Virus record (IMG/VR): IMGVR_UViG_3300025313_000023
Location: 1-50,058 of that record
Direction: 5' to 3' (one strand)
Source of the DNA: a virus
Lineage: Duplodnaviria > Caudoviricetes
DNA length: 50,058 nt
The notes under the pieces were generated by a model. It saw only the letters and a list, made by a program, of their open reading frames with translations. It was not told the DNA's origin and did no database searches. This document shows, in pieces, positions 1 to 9,910 of the stretch (position 1 is the first letter of the stretch; each line of letters opens with the position of its first letter). A program made the translations under genes and the position numbers.

Positions 1-6
1 CCCCCC

Positions 7-132
7 CCTGCCACTCCTCCGCCGAGACGATCTCGGCCCCGAAGTTGGCGAGGTAGGCGAACTGATCATCAGTCATGTTCAGCAGGATCGTGGCCGCCTT
101 CTCGTCAATCTCATCGCTCCCCTGACCAAGCA
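7..132. repeat. Direct terminal repeat (126 bp), identical to 49933-50058; assembly overlap of a circular or permuted genome
   Basis: cctgccactcctcc...cctgaccaagca occurs at both ends; an ORF reads in frame across the join. Confidence 0.95.
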
Positions 133-397
133 TGAGGGCGGCCGTCTGATAGCGGGCGATCAGCTCCTGCATGCCCTTCTCCCAGGCGGCCTGATCGATC
201 TCGCCCGTGCCGAGCCGTTGCGTCAACTTGGCCGCCTTCTTGCCCATGTCGTCCTGCAGGAACTGGAGGCCATCCAGCGACTGCTTCCGGCGCGGCAGGG
301 CGAGAAAGTAGCCAGCCTTCGTCGCCCGGGCGATCAGGCCACGATCTAGCCCGGGGGCCTCAGAGACGAGATCATCGATCAGTCGGTCAAGTTCCAT
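7..397 (-). CDS. N-terminal part of MuF-like/minor head morphogenesis protein; continues into 49658-49932
   Basis: ATG at 397 gives MELDRLIDDLVSEAPG...ATILLNMTDDQFAY, which joins the ORF-track protein 49658..50002. Confidence 0.6.
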
Positions 398-563
398 TGC
401 GCTTCTGCTTCGGCTTGCGATGCTGCTTGCGCTTGATCGGCGCCGTGTGGATCAGCCCGAACATAAAGCTCTGACCGACGAGGCCCGAGAACGTCATCGC
501 TCCACCGAAGCGACGGACAAGCCTCGTGAACGGCAGGAGCTGGATGCCGCGCATCAACCTCAT
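387..563 (-). CDS. Small basic hypothetical protein (58 aa)
   Basis: GGAGG RBS, ATG overlapping the upstream stop; MRLMRGIQLLPF...KQKRNGT; not in the ORF track. Confidence 0.45.
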   Translation of the reverse strand: MRLMRGIQLLPFTRLVRRFGGAMTFSGLVGQSFMFGLIHTAPIKRKQHRKPKQKRNGT

Positions 564-781
564 CGTTTCCTCCGCGCCTGACGATACAGCCGCTTGGCAG
601 CGTCGAGCTCAGCATCCAGAGCGGCCGCCGCCTGCCGCTTATCCCGACGGTCGGGAGACTCGCTCTCGGGCTCGACGAGCTTCTGCTTCAAGGCGATGGC
701 CATGAAGATCCCAAGCTCATCGGCCGTGATTGCCCGTAGGCTAGCGGCCAACTGTCGGAGCGCGGCGGATCGTCGGCTCAT
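560..781 (-). CDS. Hypothetical protein
   Basis: ATGA-type overlaps with both neighbours. Confidence 0.55.
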   Translation of the reverse strand: MSRRSAALRQLAASLRAITADELGIFMAIALKQKLVEPESESPDRRDKRQAAAALDAELDAAKRLYRQARRKR

Positions 782-1359
782 AGCAGGCCTTTCCGGCGCG
801 CGATGGCCCTTCGATAGGATGCCAGCCTGTTGGCACGGTGACTTGCAGATTGCTTATGGCCTAAGGCATTCCTATTCCCGGTCATCCTTGTTCTCAGGAG
901 GGTTTTGTGGGCCTCCGAAAGAGGCACGCCCGCTTTGTACCTGTTGGAAAGGATGCGGCAGCGGCGTAATTCATTCGAGCCTTCCTCCGTCATTTGGTGT
1001 CGCCTGCCCGTGTTCGCTTCGCTCATTCTCCGTCGCTCTTCTTCCGTGTGCGGTCGACTTGGTCTTCCTATAGCGGCCGCTCTCATCTTCGCCTTTGCCG
1101 CATCCGAGTGAACGAAAGAAAATCCCGCTGCACCTCCAGGGCTACGATTCGTTAGAGGATGACCAATTGCCCTGAGTCGACCTATCCAATACTTTTCTCG
1201 TTCCAGCCCCAATCGGCGGGATAAATAGACACCCAAGACAATCCACTGCCACGTGGGATGAACCGTGCGATGCTTTTTGCGGCGGGCTGCTGCATCGACC
1301 GTGTAGCCGACATACCACACAGAGCTTCCCTCAACAAGGCCGTACACGAAGTGTCTCAT
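778..1359 (-). CDS. GIY-YIG homing endonuclease with NUMOD3-like repeats
   Basis: FVYGL...WYVGYT...R...E...N motif; HSDAAKAKMR and HTEEERRRMS repeats. Confidence 0.85.
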   Translation of the reverse strand: MRHFVYGLVEGSSVWYVGYTVDAAARRKKHRTVHPTWQWIVLGVYLSRRLGLEREKYWIGRLRAIGHPLTNRSPGGAAGFSFVHSDAAKAKMRAAAIGRPSRPHTEEERRRMSEANTGRRHQMTEEGSNELRRCRILSNRYKAGVPLSEAHKTLLRTRMTGNRNALGHKQSASHRANRLASYRRAIARRKGLL

Positions 1360-3971
1360 CAGAAAATGGATAACACCTCCAGATCGTCTTGCTCAATGGC
1401 GTCCAGTTCCTGTTGGAGCATAGCATGAAACGCCGCTTGCCTAAGTTCAAGCTGTTCTCGCAAGCGCTGCTCTTCCTCTTCGGATCGGCGTTGCCACAAC
1501 TTGCGGAAGTACTGCGCCGTCCCCGCGATCAACGTGATCGGCGGAGCGGGGGGACCCACAAGGCCAACCACGTCGGCCGTCAGCCCGATGAGGGCATCCT
1601 GCACTACCAGGACGCCATGTTGTACCAGCGCTACGTTGTCCACCGACAGCGCAATGGTCGCGTCCTGAACGGAGAGGATCCCAGGAACTTCCAGCACGAT
1701 GTTGTCGGCCGCTAGTGCCAAGGCCGCATCGGATACGGCAATGACGTTGTGCTGGGTCAGGACCACGCTATCCGCTGCCAAGGCAAGGAGGGCGTCGGCA
1801 ACGACGAGAAGATTGTGTTGCGTCAGGGAGGGGGCTTCGGCAGAAAGCGCCAGCAACGCGTCCGCGACAGCGAGCGCGTTGTGCTGGGTCAGGACAGGAG
1901 ATTCAGCAGCAACTGCGAATAGCGCATCGGCCACAACCAAGATGTTGTGTTGAGTAAGTGCCGGACTCTCGGCCGCCAACGCTACTAGTGCATCGGCAAC
2001 GACCAGCACGTTGTGCTGCGTAAGAACCGGGGAGTCTGCCGACAATCCGAGAGCGGCATCCTGAACAACGATGGACGCGCCTGGCTCGTGTGCTGTGAGC
2101 GTCGGGCTCTCTGCGGCAAGCGCAATCAGCGCATCCGCAACCGCCAAGATATTGTGCTGCGTTAGCGCGGGGCTTTCGGCGGCCAAGGACAGCAGCGCAT
2201 CCGCCACCGCCAGCGCGTTGTGCTGAGTGAGTGTGGGAGTCTCGGCAGCCAGTGCCAACAAGGCGTCGGCGACTACCAAGACGTTGTGCTGAACCAGATC
2301 GGGACTCTCGGATGCCAGCGCCAAGAGCGCATCTTGCAGAACGAGCCCGACCCCGAGCGTGGGACTGTCAGCGGCCAATGCCAGCAAGGCGTCTGCAATA
2401 GCCAGGAGGTTGTGCTGCGTGAGAGCCGGACTGTCCGCTCCTAGTGCGAGTAGCGCGTCAGCAAGAACTAGAAGATTGTGCTGAGTAAGGGCAGGACTCT
2501 CGACCGCCAGGCCGATTGCCGCGTCTTGGACAACTAGAGCGATCCCTGAGCTGTATTCGATGTGGAGCTTGGCGGCCCAAGTGGTATCGGTTTCATAGTT
2601 CTGCACTTGTAAATCTCGGGCGCTATCGGCGGTGTGCTGCTCATAAATCATCACAAGTGCATTGTTTGACGCCCAACCACCCTGGTCAACGATCTCTTGA
2701 ACTATAGAGGAGAGGTCCGCCCCGTTTCCGGCCCCAGCAATCGTTGCCCCCCATTCCCATAAGGAGCCATTTGCAGCTCCGAGATTAGTAGAGTTCCATT
2801 GCACCGATGCCGTTGTACGAGATCGGGCATCAATATTGTTGGTCCCTGTAGTAAAAGTTCCTGGATTTGCAGCAAGTTCACCACGAAGTCGGTGTTGCGG
2901 CTCATCGCCAGTAGTGGCGGCGATGACAATGCCGACCTGAGCCAGATCAATCGTGGCCCCAACCGGAATACCCACAGTCGTCCATCGATAGCCCCCATGC
3001 TCGGTAGTGGCGTCAATTAGCATCGAGCCGCCGGCCACCGTCACAGTATCGTCGGTTGCCTGAAACGCGTCATCCGATCCCGTGCCCACCTGCTCATCAA
3101 TCGTCACGTCGATCTCAATGGGATAGTCCGCAGCCTGGAGCCATGCAATCGGGATGCGGTGCTCCACGAACAGATTGGGACCAGTCCTGCGTAGTCTGAA
3201 CGTCCCCAGCAACTCATCCTGGGCTTGGTCCTCGACCGGCGCGCCATTGGAACGTGGTAGATTGAACGTCCACAGGACTTCGCCTGTCCCCTGGTGACGG
3301 AATTCAATATAGCCCTGTGTATCGACTGGATTGTTGACCGCCCGATTCCACAGGACGCCGTTTACAAAGACGTTCAGATTGTTTGAGACTTGGAAGATGA
3401 ACTGCAACCGAGCTACAGGATTTCCACCCGCGATGATTTGAGCAGTTGGAGCAGGCCACCGCGAAGCCTGATCTACGACGAGCCGCTTGTCAAGCCTGGC
3501 AGTCTGCGTCTGCCAGCGGATGTCCATACCCGGACCGAATGCGCCCTGCCAAAACAGGACATCCTCGTTCTGGACGACCGCGCTCACCGACTGCGGGTTG
3601 GCGATAGCCTGAATCTGGTCTAGGTCGTTGGTGTACTGGAGCTGTTGCGACTGGAAGGCGACGCTCTCGCCAGTTCCCGGATGGACGTACTTGACGATCT
3701 GGCCGGAGGAGAAGTTGGCCAACGCGAATGCGTTGTAGCCAGCCTGCACCATCTCGAAGTCCCACGGTGCAGTGCCCGGCTGCCAGGCGGTGTTGATCTC
3801 CTGGTCCTCGGCAGGCCCATAGTGCATCGGGCCGATACCGATGTCCAGCATGAACTTACTAGGAATCGTGGGGTGCTGATGCTTGATGGAGTTGCGGAGA
3901 CGCGCAACAACCGTGGCACCAGGCCACAGTAGTTGCGCTCTGTCTCGGGCTTCCTTTGCGGGATGGGCCAT
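1359..3971 (-). CDS. Large virion fibre/decoration-like protein: beta-rich N-terminal domains (one DNRLRE/CBM96-like) plus ~15 x 22-aa repeats
   Basis: IPVGATID...DLSSIVQEIVDQGGWASNNAL...AAKLHIEY segment; TQHNxLxVADALLALAAESPxL repeats; lies in the head gene block. Confidence 0.6.
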   Translation of the reverse strand: MAHPAKEARDRAQLLWPGATVVARLRNSIKHQHPTIPSKFMLDIGIGPMHYGPAEDQEINTAWQPGTAPWDFEMVQAGYNAFALANFSSGQIVKYVHPGTGESVAFQSQQLQYTNDLDQIQAIANPQSVSAVVQNEDVLFWQGAFGPGMDIRWQTQTARLDKRLVVDQASRWPAPTAQIIAGGNPVARLQFIFQVSNNLNVFVNGVLWNRAVNNPVDTQGYIEFRHQGTGEVLWTFNLPRSNGAPVEDQAQDELLGTFRLRRTGPNLFVEHRIPIAWLQAADYPIEIDVTIDEQVGTGSDDAFQATDDTVTVAGGSMLIDATTEHGGYRWTTVGIPVGATIDLAQVGIVIAATTGDEPQHRLRGELAANPGTFTTGTNNIDARSRTTASVQWNSTNLGAANGSLWEWGATIAGAGNGADLSSIVQEIVDQGGWASNNALVMIYEQHTADSARDLQVQNYETDTTWAAKLHIEYSSGIALVVQDAAIGLAVESPALTQHNLLVLADALLALGADSPALTQHNLLAIADALLALAADSPTLGVGLVLQDALLALASESPDLVQHNVLVVADALLALAAETPTLTQHNALAVADALLSLAAESPALTQHNILAVADALIALAAESPTLTAHEPGASIVVQDAALGLSADSPVLTQHNVLVVADALVALAAESPALTQHNILVVADALFAVAAESPVLTQHNALAVADALLALSAEAPSLTQHNLLVVADALLALAADSVVLTQHNVIAVSDAALALAADNIVLEVPGILSVQDATIALSVDNVALVQHGVLVVQDALIGLTADVVGLVGPPAPPITLIAGTAQYFRKLWQRRSEEEEQRLREQLELRQAAFHAMLQQELDAIEQDDLEVLSIF
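1560..2545 (-). repeat. Coding tandem repeat, ~15 copies of a 66-bp/22-aa unit
   Basis: Counted in the translation; nucleotide copies are diverged, including at synonymous sites. Confidence 0.9.
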
Positions 3972-3990
3972 CTTTGTTGGGCCCGGACGA

Positions 3991-4362
3991 CTAGGTCGGG
4001 TCGGCTACTTCAACGTCCCACACCGGAACGTCCACCGTACCGCCGCTCGTCAGCGCCTGCGAGGTGCAGGTCGTGACGAAGAGAAGGGTGGAACTGCCCG
4101 AGATGGCCAATGCAACGTGAGTTGCCGTTCCGGTGGTGTCAATGGGAACGGCTGACTTGGCGGACATCCGAACCTTGCGGCCGTTCGTGTCTCCATTCGA
4201 GATGGTGAAGTCACCGCCCGCCATCACGACATCCGCCAACTTGAACGTGGCCGACATCTCAGTATAGGTCGTCGGCTCGGCATTGCAGACCGTCATCAGC
4301 GTGGAATCGTTGATGATCTCCAGTAGTCCATCCAACACCACATCAGCTGCTGACTTCGCCAT
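3991..4362 (-). CDS. Small beta-rich virion structural protein (possible fibre base/adaptor)
   Basis: AAGGAG RBS; Thr/Val-rich; resembles a small structural family I recall upstream of fibre genes. Confidence 0.55.
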   Translation of the reverse strand: MAKSAADVVLDGLLEIINDSTLMTVCNAEPTTYTEMSATFKLADVVMAGGDFTISNGDTNGRKVRMSAKSAVPIDTTGTATHVALAISGSSTLLFVTTCTSQALTSGGTVDVPVWDVEVADPT

Positions 4363-4540
4363 CGCTGTTCTCCTTGGCCTCTTCCTGGCCCTGTATCTCG
4401 GATCTTCCTCGGATGGTCACGCTCTGCACCTCCAGAACGTAGTGCATGTCCCCGGAGATGGACTCCAATACGGTGGTGCTACTGTCCGGCGACGTGCTCT
4501 CCGAATCTGGAGACTCCGTCTTGCTGTCGCTGTCGCTCAC
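4343..4540 (-). CDS. Ser/acid-rich hypothetical protein
   Basis: GTGA overlap with the portal stop and AAGGAG RBS. Confidence 0.4.
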   Translation of the reverse strand: MSDSDSKTESPDSESTSPDSSTTVLESISGDMHYVLEVQSVTIRGRSEIQGQEEAKENSDGEVSS

Positions 4541-6498
4541 GTCTGCTCCTTGCGCCTGATGCGCTTTGTGGCCTGCTTCACTCGGCCCTGTCCGTCCCGG
4601 GCCGTGACTTCCAACTCCTCGACCATCTCTGGGAATTCTACCTGGATTGCCGGGAGGTTGATAACCGGCACAGGGATCTCTCGCATGGCCGCGGTGCTGA
4701 GCGCCTCCGCCGCACCCGACAGGACCAGAGCAGCGGAGGCGATGCGATCCGCAGCCTCCTTCTGGTCCGCCATGAGCCCGAGCTGATCGTCCGACGGGCG
4801 AAGTTCAACCACGACCGGCCAGCCGGCGACCTCCATCATCGCCTTGCCGAGCCGACCCAGTTCGCCGAGGGCCTTCGCCTGCTCGGGTGCGAGCTGAACA
4901 ATCCTCGGCTCATCCTCAGCATCGGCCATCAGCTCAAGGTCCTCCGCCGCCTTCCTCATCGACGCCAGTGCGGAGGCTTGCCCGCTCGAAGCCTCGACGA
5001 ACGACAGGGCGCTGGTAATGGCCTCGTCCACGATGGTGTTCTTCACCTCTTCCTCGCTTTCCTTACCGATCATCTGGCGGACGATCTCCGGCGTGACGTC
5101 GGCGGCCGTCGCAGTTTCTGGAGCAGCCGGCCCCGGCGGTTCGGCGGCACCGGGCACGGTCTGAGCCTCGTCGGTCGGCTTCTCCTCGTCGGCCAGACTC
5201 TCGTCGACCGTGGTGTCCTCCTCAATGAACTCCCGAGGCAATTCGTCCTTGTCCACGAGAAGCTGGCGCCCCTGGTCCGGCTTGATCACGAGCCCATTGA
5301 CCAGAGCAACCGTAGCTGTCGCGTCGTTCAGGAACATCGTTGAGCGCCGCTCCATCTCGGTCAGGTCCTTCTCCTGGAAGGCGAACGTCGTCTTGTCGTC
5401 CAGCACCCATTCGTTGATCTCGTGCGTGAACTGCTTATCCCATGACGCGAGGCCGAGCGCCTCCGCCTTCTCTGCGATCACCCTCGACTGCGCCCCCGTC
5501 CCGAGGGCCCGCGTCGCGACAAGATCGGGGTCGAGAAGCTGTGGATCGATCCCGATGGCGTTGGCGTAGATCAGATAGGCGTTGCGGCGCTCCTTCTCGG
5601 CATCGAAGCCATCGGGGATCTCAGCGAAGGGGATCGATGCCACGCTCGGCGTTGATGTCGGATCGATGGCACCCATGACCACCGAACCCATGTAAGTGAC
5701 GTAGCCTTCATCGGCCCGCTGTTCCTTCGCCGAGGTGATGACCTCCTTGATCTGCTTCGTTGACACACCATTGACGATGTGCAGGCCGAGGACACGCGAG
5801 CCCGTAACCTTCTCCAGCAAATATCGCTCTATCGCCTCCATCTTGCAAATCGTCCTGTATGCGCGCGCGGAAGCGCTGTGGCCGACCCCGTTCCAGAGCT
5901 CGGCCTGATCTGGCATATCCGAGATGGCGATGATCTCTTCCGTCTTCAGGACATGCTCGACACCGCGCCTGTCACGGTAGATGGCAGGATAGTCGGGGTC
6001 GCCTGTGCGCACGACCCTAAAGGTGTCGAGGTGGACGAGCCCAATGATCCGGCCCTTCGCCCGGACGATCTCGATGAACGCTCCATTCTCGGTGAGCAAG
6101 AACGCCTGCAGGTGCTTCGCCAGGCCATGCACCCAGCCGCGGCCGGCGTCGAACTGCAGCAGAAGCTCCTGGGCCCTACGACTTCGGGCCGGGATCTCGC
6201 TGTCGATGTCCCAGCTCTTCGCCGCCATCTTCGTGATCGCCTTCGAGATGGCATTGGCCCACTGGCTCTCTCGGAAGAGCGTCTGCCAAAGCTGCCAGTC
6301 CCGCCCGGGTGTCCAGTACGGGAGGAGCGCCGGGCCCTCGCTGCCGGCGAGCGGGAAGTAGAAATGCAGGACCCCCGACTGGGCGGGCATGACATCGTGA
6401 GCTGTGACGCTGCGTTTGATAACTTCGGGGTCAGCCGCTTTGGCGGCCGCAACGCGGTCCGACTGCACTCTGCCCGATGCTGATCGAGACATCGCCAC
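4537..6498 (-). CDS. Portal protein with long acidic C-terminal extension
   Basis: Directly follows terL; size and LLTENGAFIEIVR...GVGHSA motifs are portal-like. Confidence 0.8.
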   Translation of the reverse strand: MAMSRSASGRVQSDRVAAAKAADPEVIKRSVTAHDVMPAQSGVLHFYFPLAGSEGPALLPYWTPGRDWQLWQTLFRESQWANAISKAITKMAAKSWDIDSEIPARSRRAQELLLQFDAGRGWVHGLAKHLQAFLLTENGAFIEIVRAKGRIIGLVHLDTFRVVRTGDPDYPAIYRDRRGVEHVLKTEEIIAISDMPDQAELWNGVGHSASARAYRTICKMEAIERYLLEKVTGSRVLGLHIVNGVSTKQIKEVITSAKEQRADEGYVTYMGSVVMGAIDPTSTPSVASIPFAEIPDGFDAEKERRNAYLIYANAIGIDPQLLDPDLVATRALGTGAQSRVIAEKAEALGLASWDKQFTHEINEWVLDDKTTFAFQEKDLTEMERRSTMFLNDATATVALVNGLVIKPDQGRQLLVDKDELPREFIEEDTTVDESLADEEKPTDEAQTVPGAAEPPGPAAPETATAADVTPEIVRQMIGKESEEEVKNTIVDEAITSALSFVEASSGQASALASMRKAAEDLELMADAEDEPRIVQLAPEQAKALGELGRLGKAMMEVAGWPVVVELRPSDDQLGLMADQKEAADRIASAALVLSGAAEALSTAAMREIPVPVINLPAIQVEFPEMVEELEVTARDGQGRVKQATKRIRRKEQT

Positions 6499-6528
6499 TC
6501 CTGGGAGGACCTGACCGCGTCTCCGCTA

Positions 6529-6544
6529 AGGATAGCACAATCGC
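6529..6544 (-). promoter_or_regulatory. Putative extended -10 promoter (TGTGC-TATCCT) upstream of the portal
   Basis: Intergenic; GCGATTGTGCTAT is identical to 41163-41175. Confidence 0.45.
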
Positions 6545-6574
6545 GCGCTGCCGCGCAACGTCAGGGAAGAGAAA

Positions 6575-8071
6575 TCACAGGGCGAGCCTCGCCGCGGTGT
6601 GGCAGGCCATGCTGAGGCACACTGCCAGGTCCACCTTCAGGTCCGGGTCGCGCTGCACGATCCGCATGCGCCGGCCGTCCGTGTCCAGCTTGCGGCCAGC
6701 GTTCTCGAGGTGCTGGCGCAGATCAGCATTGCCATCGTGCATGACGCCGCGCGCCAGGATGCGATCGAACAATGCACGATCGGCCTCAATCCGGTCGGCC
6801 CCTTGGCTGAACTCCATGAACCACGCCAGCCCTTCCTTGGCGAGCTGGGTGCAGTCCGAGTGGAGCTGGTAGGGATCGTAGGGCACGGCGGCCACAGCGT
6901 GAGTTTCGCACAGACGGCGGAGGGTTGGAATAGGACCATTGGCCGCGTGGAAGTCAAGCTTCTTGCCGGGCTCCGCCTGCCATTTCCGCACGATCCGGAC
7001 CATGACATCGTCCGGCCGCTGCGGCTGCATCGAGACACCCACCAGGCCGAAGCAGTCTGGCATCCCTGACGTGCGGCCGATGGCGGCGTCGAGAGCGATG
7101 ACGATCGGCGTCCGGTCGTCCAGCGGCGGCACGACGCCCCGGCACTCGTCCCACAGGCTGATCGTTGGCAGGAAGGCCTCGGTGTCCGCCACGTCTACCT
7201 GGACGCCTTCGAGTAGGAGCTGGATCTCCGACTCGCTCAGGACCTGCGATCGCTCCTCGATGAACCCAGCCGTCAGGTGGGCCAGGTTGTCTCGGGTCGG
7301 GAGGTTTACCATCCGGCGGTCGAGCTTGTAGCGGAGCCTCGGGTCCTGCAGGCGCTGCTCCTTATCCTCGGGGATCGGGCCAGTGTACTTGAACATCCAG
7401 CTGCCGCGGGGAAGCGGCGTCGTCGTGTACCATCGCTGCGGCTTCTCGCCATTCGGCCCGGGCACGCGCACCCGGCCATGAATGACCTTGAGCGCCGCGT
7501 CCGTCCTGTGCCGCCGGATCTCATCGAAGTGCCAGAAGTTCAGGTTCGGTCCCTCCCACGCCTGGACGTCCGATTCCTGCATCCCGCCGATGAAGACGGC
7601 CGCCCCTGTCAGGAAGACGAGCGTAAAGGGTTTCTGGGGCTCCCAGCTCGCAGAGGCCCGATAGCGGTGCCGCTGGATCACCAGGTCCCAGGGGATCCAC
7701 CTCCGGAGCTCGGGCCATAGACTGCGCTTTAGGTGCTCGAAGTCGGGGGAGGTCAGGGCACCATCGCAGCCAGCCTTGCAACGCTCAAGGTCACGGATGA
7801 TGCCTGAAACCGTTTTCCCCCCTCCTTCTCCCCCGAGTGCCCAGAGGTTCGTGACCGCCCCGTCCTGCACCCAGCCGAGCTCGGCCTCGGAGTGCGGCTC
7901 ATACGCGTAGCCCGTCTCGCTGTTGCGGTAGTCGCTGATCGTGGGCCAGGAGATGCCGTGCTCAGCCTTCTCCTTCGTCTCGCGGATGCGCTTCTTGGCC
8001 TCGACCCAAGCCTCCGCCATCATCTGCTCCCAGGCGTGAGGAGACAGGCCGAGGTTGATAGGGGCGGTCAC
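6575..8071 (-). CDS. terL: Terminase large subunit
   Basis: Walker A GGEGGGKT, Walker B WHFDE, TTTP motif, RNase H-like IALD...KVDLAV. Confidence 0.92.
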   Translation of the reverse strand: MTAPINLGLSPHAWEQMMAEAWVEAKKRIRETKEKAEHGISWPTISDYRNSETGYAYEPHSEAELGWVQDGAVTNLWALGGEGGGKTVSGIIRDLERCKAGCDGALTSPDFEHLKRSLWPELRRWIPWDLVIQRHRYRASASWEPQKPFTLVFLTGAAVFIGGMQESDVQAWEGPNLNFWHFDEIRRHRTDAALKVIHGRVRVPGPNGEKPQRWYTTTPLPRGSWMFKYTGPIPEDKEQRLQDPRLRYKLDRRMVNLPTRDNLAHLTAGFIEERSQVLSESEIQLLLEGVQVDVADTEAFLPTISLWDECRGVVPPLDDRTPIVIALDAAIGRTSGMPDCFGLVGVSMQPQRPDDVMVRIVRKWQAEPGKKLDFHAANGPIPTLRRLCETHAVAAVPYDPYQLHSDCTQLAKEGLAWFMEFSQGADRIEADRALFDRILARGVMHDGNADLRQHLENAGRKLDTDGRRMRIVQRDPDLKVDLAVCLSMACHTAARLAL

Positions 8072-8571
8072 TTCTCCGCCGCCCGCTGCTGGTCATAGAA
8101 CATGCCGACCATCTGCTCGAACTGCTCGGTTGCCGGCAGACCCTTCTCCTTGGCCTCTCGGCGCCAGTCGAAGATCATCGGCGCATCCAGACCGAGCAGG
8201 CGGGCCCGGCGCTCCATGATCCGCAAGCAGCGGTCCATCGCCTGCATTCTGATCTTCTCATCCGGGGCGGGTTGCTTGAGAAGGGCGAGCGCCATGGGGT
8301 AGGCCACATCGAATAGAGCATCCAGGCGCTCGACCTCCAGGGTGCGGAGTTCCTTGGCCGGCTCCTGGATCGTCGCGGCGAGAAGGTCACTGACCGCCTT
8401 CCAAGACGCCTGCGGAGAGTTGTAGCCAAGTTCGTCCGCGATCGCCGCGTAAGACCGGCCCGACTTGCGCAGCTCGAGGGCCCGAGTCGCTCGCTCTTTG
8501 GCCGCCAATCGGCGGGGTGATGTCGGACCCTCCCCCCCGCGCCGGCGGCTCTTGCGCTTCAACTTAGCCAC
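8068..8571 (-). CDS. terS: Terminase small subunit (HTH)
   Basis: ALELRKSGRSYAAIADELGY...ERRARLLGLDAP, immediately upstream of terL. Confidence 0.8.
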   Translation of the reverse strand: MAKLKRKSRRRGGEGPTSPRRLAAKERATRALELRKSGRSYAAIADELGYNSPQASWKAVSDLLAATIQEPAKELRTLEVERLDALFDVAYPMALALLKQPAPDEKIRMQAMDRCLRIMERRARLLGLDAPMIFDWRREAKEKGLPATEQFEQMVGMFYDQQRAAEK

Positions 8572-8923
8572 GGTTCAACCCGCCTTCAGGCGGTGGATTC
8601 CACTCCATCGCGCCGACGAGTTCGTCCAACGTCATGGGAACCTTCGCCGGCAGAGAGCGGATGATCTCTGCCATGCGGTCCGCCCCATATTGGCGGCATC
8701 GTTTGTGGAGCAGAAACCGCCGAGCCTCCTTGGCATCAGCCTGCTTGCCATTGTGACGAAGGCAGACCCACGCTAGGAGTTCTGGCCGTTCGGTTGCAAG
8801 GCGCAAGTCCTTGGAGCCCTGAGTTTTGGCGCGGTTGATGATGTGGTGAAGCGTGCTGCGCCCAACGCAATTGCCATAGAGCGGCTTGAGTTCGCATTCG
8901 GTCACGGGCGCTGGGAGGTTCAC
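8564..8923 (-). CDS. Hypothetical Cys/His-containing protein
   Basis: Coupled to neighbours; C..C, HH, C..HN pattern (possibly a degenerate HNH). Confidence 0.5.
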   Translation of the reverse strand: MNLPAPVTECELKPLYGNCVGRSTLHHIINRAKTQGSKDLRLATERPELLAWVCLRHNGKQADAKEARRFLLHKRCRQYGADRMAEIIRSLPAKVPMTLDELVGAMEWNPPPEGGLNRG

Positions 8924-9138
8924 TGATCAACCCACCTGATCGTCGTCCGTCCGCCGTGGCCATGCAGGGCTAGGAGGTCACGGATCGAGTCGTAGAGCGC
9001 CGTCGACTTGTGCGCCGTGTTCCAGCGAAGGACGACAAGGCCATCGACGAACTCGACACCCTCGGCCACCATCCCGACGCCGGAGAGGCCAGTCAGGTCC
9101 TCGGTGCGGATCAGCTCAAAACGCCGGCAGCGCTGCAT
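8920..9138 (-). CDS. Conserved phage hypothetical protein
   Basis: RRFELIRTEDLTGLSGVGMVAEGVEF motif; GAGG RBS before ATG 9138. Confidence 0.7.
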   Translation of the reverse strand: MQRCRRFELIRTEDLTGLSGVGMVAEGVEFVDGLVVLRWNTAHKSTALYDSIRDLLALHGHGGRTTIRWVDQ

Positions 9139-9910
9139 CGATAGCCTCGACTGGCAACAACACCGAAATCGCCGGCAGTTCATGGATTTCTGCGATTCGA
9201 CGGATCAGCGCCCCCACGAAGCCCCACGTCGGATCGCGCTTCGGCATCGATGACCGCTTGACCATACGGGTAGTGCCTTTCCGATTGACGTAGACCAGCC
9301 CATAGGGATCTGGGATCTCCGCCGCCTTGATCAGGCCGGCCTGGCAAGCGAAGAAGAAGTGCGAGCAGTACGCCGCAGTCCGCTTGGTCTTTTCTGGATT
9401 CCGCAATTCCCCCAGGAAATCGCTCCGACTCACCTTCACTTCATAACCCACGCACTTGTATTCGTTGCTCATCCAGGCGCTCACGGCTAGGGCGTCGACG
9501 CCACCGGGAGCCTCGGTCAGGAAGATCCAGCCATTCTCCGATTCATGCCGGCGCGCCAGTGCCCGGATGACCTTGGCAGCCTCGCCCTTCACGCTCGGCC
9601 CTGGCTCATGCTTTGGGCTGATGAAGTCCTGTGGCCTCAGGTTCATAATGCTCGCCTGGCCTTCGAGCGTGATACGGTAGTAGGACGGCCCGGCACCCCA
9701 GTCGCTGCTATCTGTGCCAGTTCGATCAAGCCATCCCAAACGGAGGCACGCCATCACGGTAGTACGGGACGTCTCAATATCTGGTCCGGACGTCCGCCAT
9801 CGATCGTTGTCCTCAGCGAGTCTGACGCGGCCGAACAGCACGCGCAGTTTCTTTGTCGGTTCATCCCGCAGGAGCTGAAGTAGGCGCGCCTGAGCCGGAG
9901 TCGGTTTCAT
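9116..9910 (-). CDS. MmcB-like PD-(D/E)xK nuclease with N-terminal winged-helix-like region
   Basis: VDAL...GYEVKVSRSDFLGEL...EIPDPYGL; start at the ATGA overlap 9910. Confidence 0.7.
   Translation of the reverse strand: MKPTPAQARLLQLLRDEPTKKLRVLFGRVRLAEDNDRWRTSGPDIETSRTTVMACLRLGWLDRTGTDSSDWGAGPSYYRITLEGQASIMNLRPQDFISPKHEPGPSVKGEAAKVIRALARRHESENGWIFLTEAPGGVDALAVSAWMSNEYKCVGYEVKVSRSDFLGELRNPEKTKRTAAYCSHFFFACQAGLIKAAEIPDPYGLVYVNRKGTTRMVKRSSMPKRDPTWGFVGALIRRIAEIHELPAISVLLPVEAIDAALPAF

Noticed and set aside
1-6. Leading poly-C run
   Set aside because: Does not match the corresponding bases before 49933; most likely a contig-end artefact
1560-2545. 66-bp repeats as a CRISPR array or DGR template/variable pair
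   Set aside because: In-frame protein repeats with synonymous divergence; no reverse transcriptase and no adenine-specific pattern seen
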